Shown piece after piece: positions 20,001-28,242 of a stretch of DNA of 52,385 nucleotides. The notes beneath the pieces are model-generated. The model had not been told where the DNA came from. It was given only the letters and a program-made list of their open reading frames with translations, and ran no database searches. The stretch is from Acidimicrobiia bacterium. Lineage in GTDB: Bacteria; Actinomycetota; Acidimicrobiia; UBA2766. Location of the stretch: positions 1 to 52,385 of the forward strand of contig JBCKKC010000005.1 in NCBI GenBank assembly GCA_038904395.1, given 5' to 3'. Positions within the stretch are counted from its first letter, which is position 1. Every line of letters begins with the position of its first letter. The position numbers and the translations under genes were made by a program.

Positions 20001-20303
20001 CGCATCGCTATCGGCAACATAGACCGTGTTGTCGTCAGCCACGGCCAACGAATTGGCATGAAAATCAAGACGCCCAGCCTGCACACCATTGCTCCTCACG
20101 AGAGCAAACAATCGCCGATCACCAGCATCGGCACCGCCACCAGCATCGGCACCGCCACCAGCACCGCCCACAGCCTGAGCAGGCACGCCCGCAAACTGGT
20201 AAAGCGAAACAACCACTAGGAACAAACTCCCTAGCGCTCGCAAAGAACGCACCCAGCCACGCCGACTACGACTACGAATTCGAATTAATGACTGCTCACC
20301 CAT
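17094..20303 (-). CDS. Secreted/membrane-anchored NHL-repeat protein with coiled-coil stalk and C-terminal toxin-like domain
   Basis: Arg-rich then hydrophobic N-terminus (..PAQA); about 11 (L/V)AVGPDGxxY(V/I)AD repeats; E/R/Q-rich helical region; last ~115 aa HIWRRH...GQF...IGT...RIVV...VITAFP. Start uncertain (track start 20375). Confidence 0.75.
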   Translation of the reverse strand: MGEQSLIRIRSRSRRGWVRSLRALGSLFLVVVSLYQFAGVPAQAVGGAGGGADAGGGADAGDRRLFALVRSNGVQAGRLDFHANSLAVADDNTVYVADSDAHRVYAIGPDGIARVFAGTGAPDYRGDDGQATLAALSQPMAVAIGRDGVVYIADSANHRVRAVSRDGVIRTVAGTGEPGRDGDGDDGQAIQARLNEPAWMAIGPDGTVYFVDGLTRVRAFMPGSKIRTVAGGATQLHKHSARGPRMIEGPRNLAVGPDDTLYVATVQGVHAINKNRRDVQQVIALGDDSRVPSLAVGPNGTLYMEDGRSIVARSADDNNIKTFATFKDASGSRYTSLAVGPCGFVYVADGSRVVAFGESGGQPFAVAGRGDLVDSSDGPTALRIGQLSAVAVGGDGSVYVADNQRRCVWIAGVDGRWQSFDYPPGDWLGKMTAIAVGPSRRVYVADYEGVWVSDLKHGDDWKKLVSRDVGAGGVVGLGAPLAMTIGSDETVYVGDLSRNIWSIKQGQQPERIVESGKLGRLENGRAARAWLLAGLAVGPDGLYIADIHQIYCRSLDGSTVRVVAGSDEIGFSGDGGRAVDAKLDRPHGLTFGPDDTLYFIDSDNSRVRAITSDGKISTVAGTGVSGLGGEGGVATAAQLSRPTGLAVDKDGNIFVAEEGGLLVVASPGALRERLEAEIAAASTSHAEFHDVRQRILDARQRAWLDQQRKKRENLAESERTRRSLVEQQFRQFLRGIASVEEDEKRQQLDLEMRAEFQTICSEWAADPNAAKLAFQQEESAGREALRSEESTNLKQIQEGLAGDLTNTCNAVRGKNTQAREKAKQLQQRERDERRRQRKVADQANVSSAGPETVDQPAEEPGDEDFASWVRHISSRDTVQDSLRDRAQARLRSMVPTWEPEALNALVRGQKPSGPVASSAAAGAAAPRPDTTTSSTCQAAVAGGGAAAPNEPTHTVNVGHIWRRHATQDHSSESRNDVSLPAGQFLPQYRNKDALVRLVSETLNSDPESITEQANDGRFIFEYQCERQIGTYTPLRNGQSSAPTLTCRMRIVVSSDFANVITAFPIAPVE
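20119..20168. repeat. 18-bp tandem repeat encoding GGGADA linker
   Basis: accagcatcggcaccgcc occurs twice plus a partial copy. Confidence 0.8.
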
Positions 20304-20505
20304 AATGACCTCAAAGTAAAATGTCCGGCCTATTGCATAACCGATGTTTGGTGTACCAGAACGGAAGACGATCACGATTTCCTAATGTAACAACCGAACC
20401 TGAAAAACACCTGAACACGAGGGTCTTTCTCGTAACCATTCAGCCCCTCCTCGCAAGAGTTGTGCTACCAGGACATTTGTCCTCGCGAGCCCTGGGCTTT
20501 GGCAG

Positions 20506-20611
20506 GGCTTCACGAACTTCGCCAACTACCGAATCCGGACTCTCCTCTACGCCGGCAAACCCAACTGGAACCTACTCCACACAATCACACCCCGCTGAAA
20601 TCCGAAGTACC
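20506..20611 (+). mobile_element. Second copy of the ISL3 right end (106 bp direct repeat of 16967-17072)
   Basis: Sequence matches from ggcttcacgaac to ccgaagtacc. Confidence 0.92.
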
Positions 20612-21261
20612 ACATAACCGGCCTCTCGGGCATAGTCAAAATAGACGAAACCTTCAACATCTTGCGACTGTTAGCGATGCGAACCGCAAACGAACTTGTA
20701 ATGGAAAACATTGTCCGAGACTCAACCCTGAGCCGAACCACGGTCTATGACCGGGTCACGTGGCTAGAAAGAGTCTTCTTAACGATCAAGATTCCCGCCT
20801 GGTCAAAAAACCTGACGAAACGAGTCACCAAACATCCGAAAATATACGTCACAGACTCTGGCCTAGCGGCGAGCTTACTGAACGTAAGCCCATCACGCCT
20901 GACTGACCCTGCCTATTCGCCCTCAGGCATGCTGCTCGAATCATTCGTGGCAAATGAAATACTCCGACATCTATCGTGGGCACAATCCCGGGCCCGCGTC
21001 TACCACTACAGAGACAGCACGGGACCAGAAGTCGATCTAGTCCTCGAAGGCAGCGACGGCAAAATCGTCGCAATCGAAGTAAAGAAAACACAGAGTATTT
21101 CCACAAGAGACTTCCGCTGGCTCAAACTAATGCGCGACCGCCTCGGCGATGACTTTGTCCAAGGAATCCTGATCTATCTCGGACGCGATACGCTCCCGCT
21201 CAGCGATAGGCTAACAGCCATTCCACTGAGCACACTCTGGACACCCAACATTCACGAATAG
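20612..21261 (+). pseudogene. 5'-truncated AAA-ATPase/DUF4143 family gene (C-terminal half only)
   Basis: KHPKIYVTDSGL, ESFVANE, YHYRD..GPEVDLVLE, AIEVK. No Walker A motif; the frame starts at the ISL3 end. Confidence 0.82.
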
Positions 21262-21443
21262 CCGGTCTAGGCAACAAGACAATAACCAAGAGTGCAACAC
21301 CAAGAGAGGTCATCGTTTTGCGTCCAACACCGTTCACAATCAACTCGCAAAATTGACGGGAACCGGTCCTTTCAGGTCGACTTGACTATCACACATCCTT
21401 TGTCTATCTCCGCATCCAGGCCTTGAGCAAGATCGTTCTGCCG

Positions 21444-22406
21444 TCAAGCCTGACGCCCGGCGAAGGCTAAGTAGGCCCAGAAGCCGGCCGCGAAGAAGAC
21501 CCCGATGGCCACGTTGATCGCCACCGGCCAACCGGCTGTCGTGACGAAACCCTCGACGATGGCGGCGAGGATAAAGAACGGCACGGTACCGACCAGTATG
21601 CGGATTGCCTCTTTGCCGGCAGCGACAATCGCAAGGCTTCTGCGGCGCCGCCCTGGCGCTATAATTGCCCAGCCAATCCGGACACCGGCGGATCCGGCCA
21701 GGATTATTACGGTCAGTTCCACCAAACCGTGGGGCACGATCAGAGCAAGAAAATCACCACCGTGGCCCGTCGAAAATGCGACCCCACCAAATGCCCCAAC
21801 GAGCAGGCCGTTCGTAACGAGAACAAAGCCGGCCCCCAAACACCCAAAAACCCCTAGAGCAAACGCAACAAAAGCCACCTGAATGTTATTGACCGCAATC
21901 TGGAAGAAGCTGACCACACTCTCGCCTGGTGTCGAGAGCGGAACTTCCGCCTTGTTGAATCCACCGTGCAAGCCGAAGGCATCCTTAGCTGAGTCTGGAG
22001 AAAATACAAACCAAAGCACACCGCCCAGTGCTGCCGCCACGAACAGCGCCGCCCCCACTCCCACAAAAGCCTTGTTTCGCCTCACTGCCTGGGGAAATCC
22101 GGCTCGCATCAAACGCCACAGACGCTGCCAGCTACGATGTGGCTCTGTGTAAAGCGCATTGTGCGCCTGGGCCACTGTCTTGTTGAGGTCTCCTACGATC
22201 CCGCTGCGGGGGTAGCGTAAACGGGCCACGGCAAGATCGGCCGTAGTTGCCCGATACAACTCGGCGAAACGCAACAGACCCTCGGCCCCAAGCTTGCTGA
22301 CCCGCCGGCCCTTCAATTTGGCGAGCATGGCGCGCAACTCCGCCCAATCGCTGCCACGAAGGGCAACAAAATCCTCAAAGCTTCGCCGGGTTGGGAGTCT
22401 GTCCAT
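21444..22406 (-). CDS. Stage II sporulation protein M (DUF95) family membrane protein
   Basis: LYRATTADLA, NNIQVAF, NGLLVG, PHGLVEL, AAIVEGFVT; divergent from an RDD gene, a familiar arrangement. Confidence 0.9.
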   Translation of the reverse strand: MDRLPTRRSFEDFVALRGSDWAELRAMLAKLKGRRVSKLGAEGLLRFAELYRATTADLAVARLRYPRSGIVGDLNKTVAQAHNALYTEPHRSWQRLWRLMRAGFPQAVRRNKAFVGVGAALFVAAALGGVLWFVFSPDSAKDAFGLHGGFNKAEVPLSTPGESVVSFFQIAVNNIQVAFVAFALGVFGCLGAGFVLVTNGLLVGAFGGVAFSTGHGGDFLALIVPHGLVELTVIILAGSAGVRIGWAIIAPGRRRRSLAIVAAGKEAIRILVGTVPFFILAAIVEGFVTTAGWPVAINVAIGVFFAAGFWAYLAFAGRQA

Positions 22407-22430
22407 GAAACAATCGCTACATTTGGGCTT

Positions 22431-23240
22431 ATGAAAATTCAGGAGCGCCAGAGAATTTCTACGCCCGAAAATGTTCAACTGTCACTCACTCTAGCTGGCA
22501 TCGGTTCTCGCTTCGGCGCCGCGCTGATTGATCTCATCATCCAGCTAGTCCTGCTGTATTTGTTGCTGATCGTGTTGGGGTTAGTGGCCGGATTCATTGG
22601 TGCCGCCGTCGAAATTGCCGGCTATGTGGTGATCGGCCTTACTATCGTGGCCGTTTTTGTTGTTTGGTTCTTATACCACCTCATTTTGGAGTGGGCCTGG
22701 CACGGCAAGACCGTCGGCAAGGCGGCCATGCGAATCCATGTCACCCGAGATGGCGGCCTTCCATTAACTCCATCGGCAGTCGTCATTCGCAACCTATTGC
22801 GAATCGTGGACTTCCTGCCCGTCTTCTATCCGGTCGGACTCTTCACCCTCTTGACAAACAAGTCACGTAAGCGTGTTGGTGACCACTTGGGTGGAACAAT
22901 TGTGGTCAAGAACGACCGACCCGAGCCTGGTAGTGGACCGGTTCGTGTGTCAGCCCTCCCGTACGGATATGCCTGGACTTGGGATCGATGGGACCTGTCC
23001 GCCCTCAGCGACGACGACGAAATGCTCATCCGCCGCTTCCTGCAACGCCGCTACAAGCTCTCCCCCGCTGCCCGTTGGCATACGGGTAATCGACTGGCCA
23101 GCTATATCCGCCCGAAAATATTCGGCAACGTTCCCGACCAACCTCCCGAAGCCCTCCTCGAGGGAATCGAGCTGGCCCTTGCCCAACGCCCCGGCCATCA
23201 GCTCGCCCTGCCTATTCTTGTTGTACCTACACAGCGATAG
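22431..23240 (+). CDS. RDD family membrane protein
   Basis: TPENV, AGIGSRFGAALID, GKTVGK, RNLLRIVD, RVGDHLGGTIVV. Confidence 0.92.
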   Translation: MKIQERQRISTPENVQLSLTLAGIGSRFGAALIDLIIQLVLLYLLLIVLGLVAGFIGAAVEIAGYVVIGLTIVAVFVVWFLYHLILEWAWHGKTVGKAAMRIHVTRDGGLPLTPSAVVIRNLLRIVDFLPVFYPVGLFTLLTNKSRKRVGDHLGGTIVVKNDRPEPGSGPVRVSALPYGYAWTWDRWDLSALSDDDEMLIRRFLQRRYKLSPAARWHTGNRLASYIRPKIFGNVPDQPPEALLEGIELALAQRPGHQLALPILVVPTQR

Positions 23241-23321
23241 TCAGCGCAAAGGACTCCCTTATAATTGGTCGTACAGGCCGCCGACCATTACCCACCACGA
23301 CGATTGCTGAGGATTACTAAG

Positions 23322-24455
23322 ATGACAGACGAACCCGCGCCTGAAGCCGACGAAAACACAAGCTTTCTGCGCTCTGACCCCTTCAAAGACTCAGTCATCG
23401 TTGCCCCCCAACGGGCTAAGCGACCACACGCAACCGGGGAAACTCCGGTCACCCCGAAGCGCCCGGCCGCCACAAAGGGCGGCTCTGAGGGAGGGCCGTC
23501 GTCCGGCGAAGATTTCGATCCTGACTGTCCGTTCTGTCCGGGCAACGAAAGCCAAACCCCGCCGGAGATTGTGGCAATTCGCCCACCGGAATCGCCAGCT
23601 GACAGCGCTGGTTGGAGTGTACGGGTAATCCCAAATTTGTATCCGGCCGTTTCGGCCCGGCCGGAAGCTAATACACCAAGAGCCGCCTCGGCCAACATGG
23701 CGGACTGGCCTGGCGATGCATTGCATGCCCAAAAGCCCGCTTTGGGCAATCATGAGGTCGCGATTCATTCCCCACACCACCACAGTCGCCTCGCCGAGCT
23801 GCCTTCGTCCCAGCTTGAATTGGCAATGCAAACCTGGAAGTTACGTTGCCAAGCCCATCGCTCCGAAGGCCTGGCAATAACGATTCCGATAGTCAACGAG
23901 GGGCGGGCAGCTGGCGCGTCACTTGCCCATCCGCATGCCCAGCTCTTTGGACTCGAGTTTGTACCCCAAGTCATCACTCATGAACTAGCTGTGCAAGCAA
24001 AGTGGCAAGTCCACAATGACGAATCGCTACTCGGCCAAACCGTCGCAGCGCAAGTCGATGGGCCACGCTTCGTCGACAAAGAAGGCTCGTTAGTGGCGTG
24101 GGCCCCGTGGTGGTCATCGACCCCTTACGAAGTTTGGCTCTCGTCGAGCGAGCCCGATTCTTCTACTGGCGCTTTCGCTGATAGCTCCTCGATCCAGGAT
24201 GCAGCCCTCCTGCTTGGACGGGTGTGCCTGCGGATCAAGGAAGCTGCCGGCGATCCAGCCCTCAATGTCGTCTTGCGCGATATTCCTCACGCTATGTCTG
24301 CGGCCGGCGGCTCCGACCCGTCACAACTCTCGACGTGGTGGCACATTCGGGTGCTGCCCCGCATCGGTATCGAAGCTGGATTCGAGGCCGCCACTGGCAT
24401 TCGCATCCTCACCCTCTCACCCGAATCCGCCGCCGAGGCCTTGCGCTTTGTCTAA
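23322..24455 (+). CDS. Galactose-1-phosphate uridylyltransferase (GalT/HIT) family protein
   Basis: RAKRP, CPFCPGNE, VRVIPNLYPA, GASLAHPHAQ (HPHxQ), AGFE. Confidence 0.88.
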   Translation: MTDEPAPEADENTSFLRSDPFKDSVIVAPQRAKRPHATGETPVTPKRPAATKGGSEGGPSSGEDFDPDCPFCPGNESQTPPEIVAIRPPESPADSAGWSVRVIPNLYPAVSARPEANTPRAASANMADWPGDALHAQKPALGNHEVAIHSPHHHSRLAELPSSQLELAMQTWKLRCQAHRSEGLAITIPIVNEGRAAGASLAHPHAQLFGLEFVPQVITHELAVQAKWQVHNDESLLGQTVAAQVDGPRFVDKEGSLVAWAPWWSSTPYEVWLSSSEPDSSTGAFADSSSIQDAALLLGRVCLRIKEAAGDPALNVVLRDIPHAMSAAGGSDPSQLSTWWHIRVLPRIGIEAGFEAATGIRILTLSPESAAEALRFV

Positions 24456-24460
24456 GTTCC

Positions 24461-25474
24461 CTACCTGAACGATTGCAGCACATGGTTGACGTGGTGGAAG
24501 TCTTCTTTGTCGGCTGGAATTTCGAATATGAATGTCGCCACGCCAGAGCCGACGAGATCCTCGATTAACCTGCCAACGCGCTTGTAGTCTCCGACAAAGT
24601 AAGGACAGTCGGCTTGGAAAGTTTCAAATGGTTCAACCCAGTAGCCGGCTGCAGCTTCTGAAGGCATGTTAAACAAGCGCCGTTTCCATGTCGCATCGGT
24701 ATTGGCCATTGACACTTCAACGAGCCGAGCCTCACGTTTGCCGTCCCCGAATCGCTCGTGGGCAGCCTGCCAAGCCTGCGAGTCGGACTCCCTTGTGATG
24801 ACGCCAAAATGTAGCCCAGGAACACCGGCTCTGTCTCCAGATACCAGCAGAGAAGGGGGCAGCATTTGCAGCCGGGTAGCGCCAATTCTCGCTGCAGTAT
24901 TGACCGCGGAATCTGATTCGCCTGAAACAAATATTTCCGGAGACAGCTCAGGCGGAATCGGCGGCTGCAACTGCAGTCGAAGCGTCTGATAGAACTGCCC
25001 CTCGAATGTTAACGGGCGCTGACTACCCAATAGGGCGAGCATTACGTCAGCAAACTCCGCCAGCCGGGCGTATCGCTGAGCATGATCAAGCTGGTCTCCC
25101 ACAGCCGTGTGGTCGCTCAAGGCAGTGCCAGCAATAAGATTTACAGCCACTCTGCGGCTATACAACTGGGCGAGCGATGAAACCATGCGTGCTGCGGTAA
25201 ACGGGTGCATTGTCACTGGGTTAATCGCCACGATCGGCCGTAGGCGATTACTTTCTGCCACGACGGCTGTTCCAGCAACCCAGGGATCAAGCGGAGCGCC
25301 ACTGCCTGTAAATAGGAGCATCCCGTCAAGGTCGATCTCGTCGCTGAGGGAGATGACATCACGCGTGATGGCCAAGGCGTCTCTCGCATGCTTGACCCGC
25401 GGAGCAACCGAATAGAATTGTGGGCTTGCGCGCAGGTCGGATTCAGTCTGTGTCATCGAGGAATTGTCAGTCAT
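24461..25474 (-). CDS. Luciferase-like (LLM) flavin-dependent monooxygenase
   Basis: DPW...LRPIVAINP..MHPFTAARM..L..LY.RR..VNLIAG, FEGQFY, VSGESD; start overlaps the PKS stop. Confidence 0.88.
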   Translation of the reverse strand: MTDNSSMTQTESDLRASPQFYSVAPRVKHARDALAITRDVISLSDEIDLDGMLLFTGSGAPLDPWVAGTAVVAESNRLRPIVAINPVTMHPFTAARMVSSLAQLYSRRVAVNLIAGTALSDHTAVGDQLDHAQRYARLAEFADVMLALLGSQRPLTFEGQFYQTLRLQLQPPIPPELSPEIFVSGESDSAVNTAARIGATRLQMLPPSLLVSGDRAGVPGLHFGVITRESDSQAWQAAHERFGDGKREARLVEVSMANTDATWKRRLFNMPSEAAAGYWVEPFETFQADCPYFVGDYKRVGRLIEDLVGSGVATFIFEIPADKEDFHHVNHVLQSFR

Positions 25475-28223
25475 GGCTATTGTACTCCAACTCGTTCGGT
25501 GTCTCGGCTGAGTCGATAGTCTCCACGGACTCCAGGAGGGCAAACAATTTGGCCTCGGAAGCCTCGCTCAACACCTGGCTGAGCGTTTCCGACTGTGAGG
25601 CCAGCGTGGGGGTGTCAAGAAACATTCTCATGTTGAGATCAACCTGAAATATCTCTGATAGCTCGGCAACAATTTGGCCTGCCGTCAGCGAGTTACCGCC
25701 AAGATCGAGAAACATTTCGTTCATGCCCACTTGTCGTTCGATGCCAAGATACTCGCGCCACAGGTTAGCGACGACCTTTGCGAGTGGCGCCGTTGGCGCA
25801 ATGAAATCGGCTGGCAGTGCCTTTGCGCGAGGATCATCGAGATCATGGGCAACGTGGCCCTGCGCCTGATGTACGGAGGCAGGGCGGTTAAACCAATATC
25901 GGCTGCGTTGAAATCGATATGTCGGTAACGCAACTATCATGCGTCGCGTGCTGGCGTGGAATTTTTTCCAGTCGATCTCTGCCCCAGCACTCCATATCGT
26001 TCCCAAAGCATTTAGTAGTGCTTCGGTATGGTCGGCATCGGCCACATCGGGATGGGTAGACACGATCACCCGATCTGGTCTCGTATCCTGCCGACTGATG
26101 GCCCCGGCAAGCGTACCATCGCCAATATCGACAATGATATCGGGCGCATGTTCGATCAGGGCTGCCACTGCATCGCTTGATGCAATCGCCCCCAAACTAG
26201 TGACCGTTCCTGTGCCGGCAGGAATCTCGCTCGCCAGCAACTCCCCACCGCTGGCAAGAACCAAGGGAAACTCAGGATCTTGGGTTTGCACTTGCTCCCT
26301 GGCGGAGTCCTCCATGTCCAACATCCCGATAGCGGTGGCTAAGGGGAGCAGCCCGGCAATTGACGCAGCGACCAGCTCGCCCGTGGCCGAGCCCATGACC
26401 ACCGCAGGACTGACGCCCCACTCCTTGAGGCGCTTACCAAGGCCATATTGAGCAGCAAAGCACAATGTATTTTCCAATGCGTCGCTGTGTGTGGTGGAGC
26501 GCGTAGCCTGCTCTAGCTGTGGACGGATATCAAGATGGAGAACAGATCCAGCTGATTGAGCTACTTCTTCAAGAGCGGCTTTGAATACCGTGTCGTCGAC
26601 GAACTGGTCCATGTCAACTATTGCCTGCCAATTGCAAGTGGCGGAGAAGACCAGCGCTACTCGTGGTTGGAAAAAGGCTGGTCGGCCAGTCGAATGGCGT
26701 AACGCCTCAGAGACTTGCACGCAACTCTGGTCAACGACAAACGTCCTGTGCGAGAAGTGCTTTCGGCCAACGTTGCTGGTATATGCGACGTCGGCGAGCG
26801 CATCCTCGGTGACATTCAGATGGTCGGCATAGTCATCAACAATTTGCACAAGAGCATCAGAGGAATCTGCTGAACAAGTAACAATCTGCCATGGCCGCTG
26901 GTCAGGCAGCGAACGGCGTTGAGGGGCCTCTTCGAGAATGATGTGAACATTCGTGCCACCAACACCAAACGAATTGAAAGCGGCGCGGCGTGGCAACGAG
27001 TCTGTGTCCCAGCTACGAAGTTCCGTGTTTACGGCAAGTGATCCCTTCACCCAATCAATTTGAGGATTCGCAATGGTGAAGTTGATACTGGGTGGCAGTT
27101 CTTTGTGGTGCAAGGCCAGAGCGACCTTGATTAGACCTGCAATACCCGCGGCCGCATCGAGATTGCCAATATTGGGCTTGATCGACCCAACCGCAATGGT
27201 CTGCGAGCTATCGGCATTGCGCCCGTAGGTTTCTTGCAGGGCAGCAATCTCAATGACATCGCCCATGGCAGTTCCGGTCGCGTTCGATTCGATATAGGTA
27301 ATTGTCGACGGATCAATGTCAGTAGCTTGCAGAGCTTTATTAATCACACGGGTCTGGCCATCCTTGCTGGGCGCTGCAAAACTTACCTTTGCCCCTCCAT
27401 CGTTGTTGACAGCTGAGCCCTTGATTACTGCATAGATCTGGTCTTGAGCGGCAATGGCATCATCTAATCGCTTCAGAGCCACAACGCCAACACCGTCGCC
27501 GATGAGATATCCGTTCGCATCCTTGTCGAAGGAGCGACACTGGCCATCCGGGGAAGTTGTCGAACCACGCTCGTGCATATAGCCCATCGGCCGTGGCGCC
27601 TTGATGCTCGTACCGCCAACTAGAACCAAGTCGCATTCTTGATCGAGCAAGCTATTTACGCCATGGTGCACGGCAACCGCAGATGATGAACAGTTTGATT
27701 GCATTGTAACGCTGGGCCCGGTGAGTCCCAGTTTGTAAGAAGCGCGGGTGCTGAGATTGTCCTTGTCGCTGGAAACAGCGAGGACAAAATTCCCAAATGA
27801 CTTAACTAATGATTCGTTTGGAGCAACATTGTTCAAGAAATATAGGTTCATGCCACATGCGGCATAGACACCGATCTCTCCGGTGAATTTCTCGGGATCG
27901 CACCCAGCGTCTTCGAGACACTCCCAAGCACATTCAAGGAAAAGGCGCTGTTGCGGGTCGATCACAGCCGCTTCCCGGGGGGAGTAGCCAAAAAACGTGG
28001 CATCGAATTGATCAGCACCCTCGATGCCAGCCCACGCACGAACATAACGTTGATCAGACGACTCCGATGTTGGCACCTCAGCGGCAGCTAGTTCGTCGTC
28101 TGTGACAGCGCGTACTCCTGACTTTCCATCGCGCAAAAGTTGCCACAGCCCAGTGGCACTCGGAGCCCCTGGAAATCGGCCAGACATACCAACAATTGCC
28201 ACATCAAAAGCACTCGTGCTCAT
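25467..28223 (-). CDS. Type I PKS-like protein: KS (Cys intact, both His replaced by Asn) - degenerate AT - ACP
   Basis: VAIVGMSGRFPGA, DPQQRLFLE, QSNCSSS, IESNATGT, NIGNLDAAAG, SFGVGGTN; AT has GSATGE in place of GHSxGE; ACP LGGNSL. Confidence 0.92.
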   Translation of the reverse strand: MSTSAFDVAIVGMSGRFPGAPSATGLWQLLRDGKSGVRAVTDDELAAAEVPTSESSDQRYVRAWAGIEGADQFDATFFGYSPREAAVIDPQQRLFLECAWECLEDAGCDPEKFTGEIGVYAACGMNLYFLNNVAPNESLVKSFGNFVLAVSSDKDNLSTRASYKLGLTGPSVTMQSNCSSSAVAVHHGVNSLLDQECDLVLVGGTSIKAPRPMGYMHERGSTTSPDGQCRSFDKDANGYLIGDGVGVVALKRLDDAIAAQDQIYAVIKGSAVNNDGGAKVSFAAPSKDGQTRVINKALQATDIDPSTITYIESNATGTAMGDVIEIAALQETYGRNADSSQTIAVGSIKPNIGNLDAAAGIAGLIKVALALHHKELPPSINFTIANPQIDWVKGSLAVNTELRSWDTDSLPRRAAFNSFGVGGTNVHIILEEAPQRRSLPDQRPWQIVTCSADSSDALVQIVDDYADHLNVTEDALADVAYTSNVGRKHFSHRTFVVDQSCVQVSEALRHSTGRPAFFQPRVALVFSATCNWQAIVDMDQFVDDTVFKAALEEVAQSAGSVLHLDIRPQLEQATRSTTHSDALENTLCFAAQYGLGKRLKEWGVSPAVVMGSATGELVAASIAGLLPLATAIGMLDMEDSAREQVQTQDPEFPLVLASGGELLASEIPAGTGTVTSLGAIASSDAVAALIEHAPDIIVDIGDGTLAGAISRQDTRPDRVIVSTHPDVADADHTEALLNALGTIWSAGAEIDWKKFHASTRRMIVALPTYRFQRSRYWFNRPASVHQAQGHVAHDLDDPRAKALPADFIAPTAPLAKVVANLWREYLGIERQVGMNEMFLDLGGNSLTAGQIVAELSEIFQVDLNMRMFLDTPTLASQSETLSQVLSEASEAKLFALLESVETIDSAETPNELEYNSHD

Positions 28224-28242
28224 CTCAATACCCTCCATGTTG

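Noticed and set aside
2442-21443. Prophage or ICE
   Set aside because: No integrase, phage structural or conjugation genes detected
21444-22406. Evidence for sporulation
   Set aside because: The SpoIIM/DUF95 family with an RDD neighbour is widespread in non-sporulating bacteria
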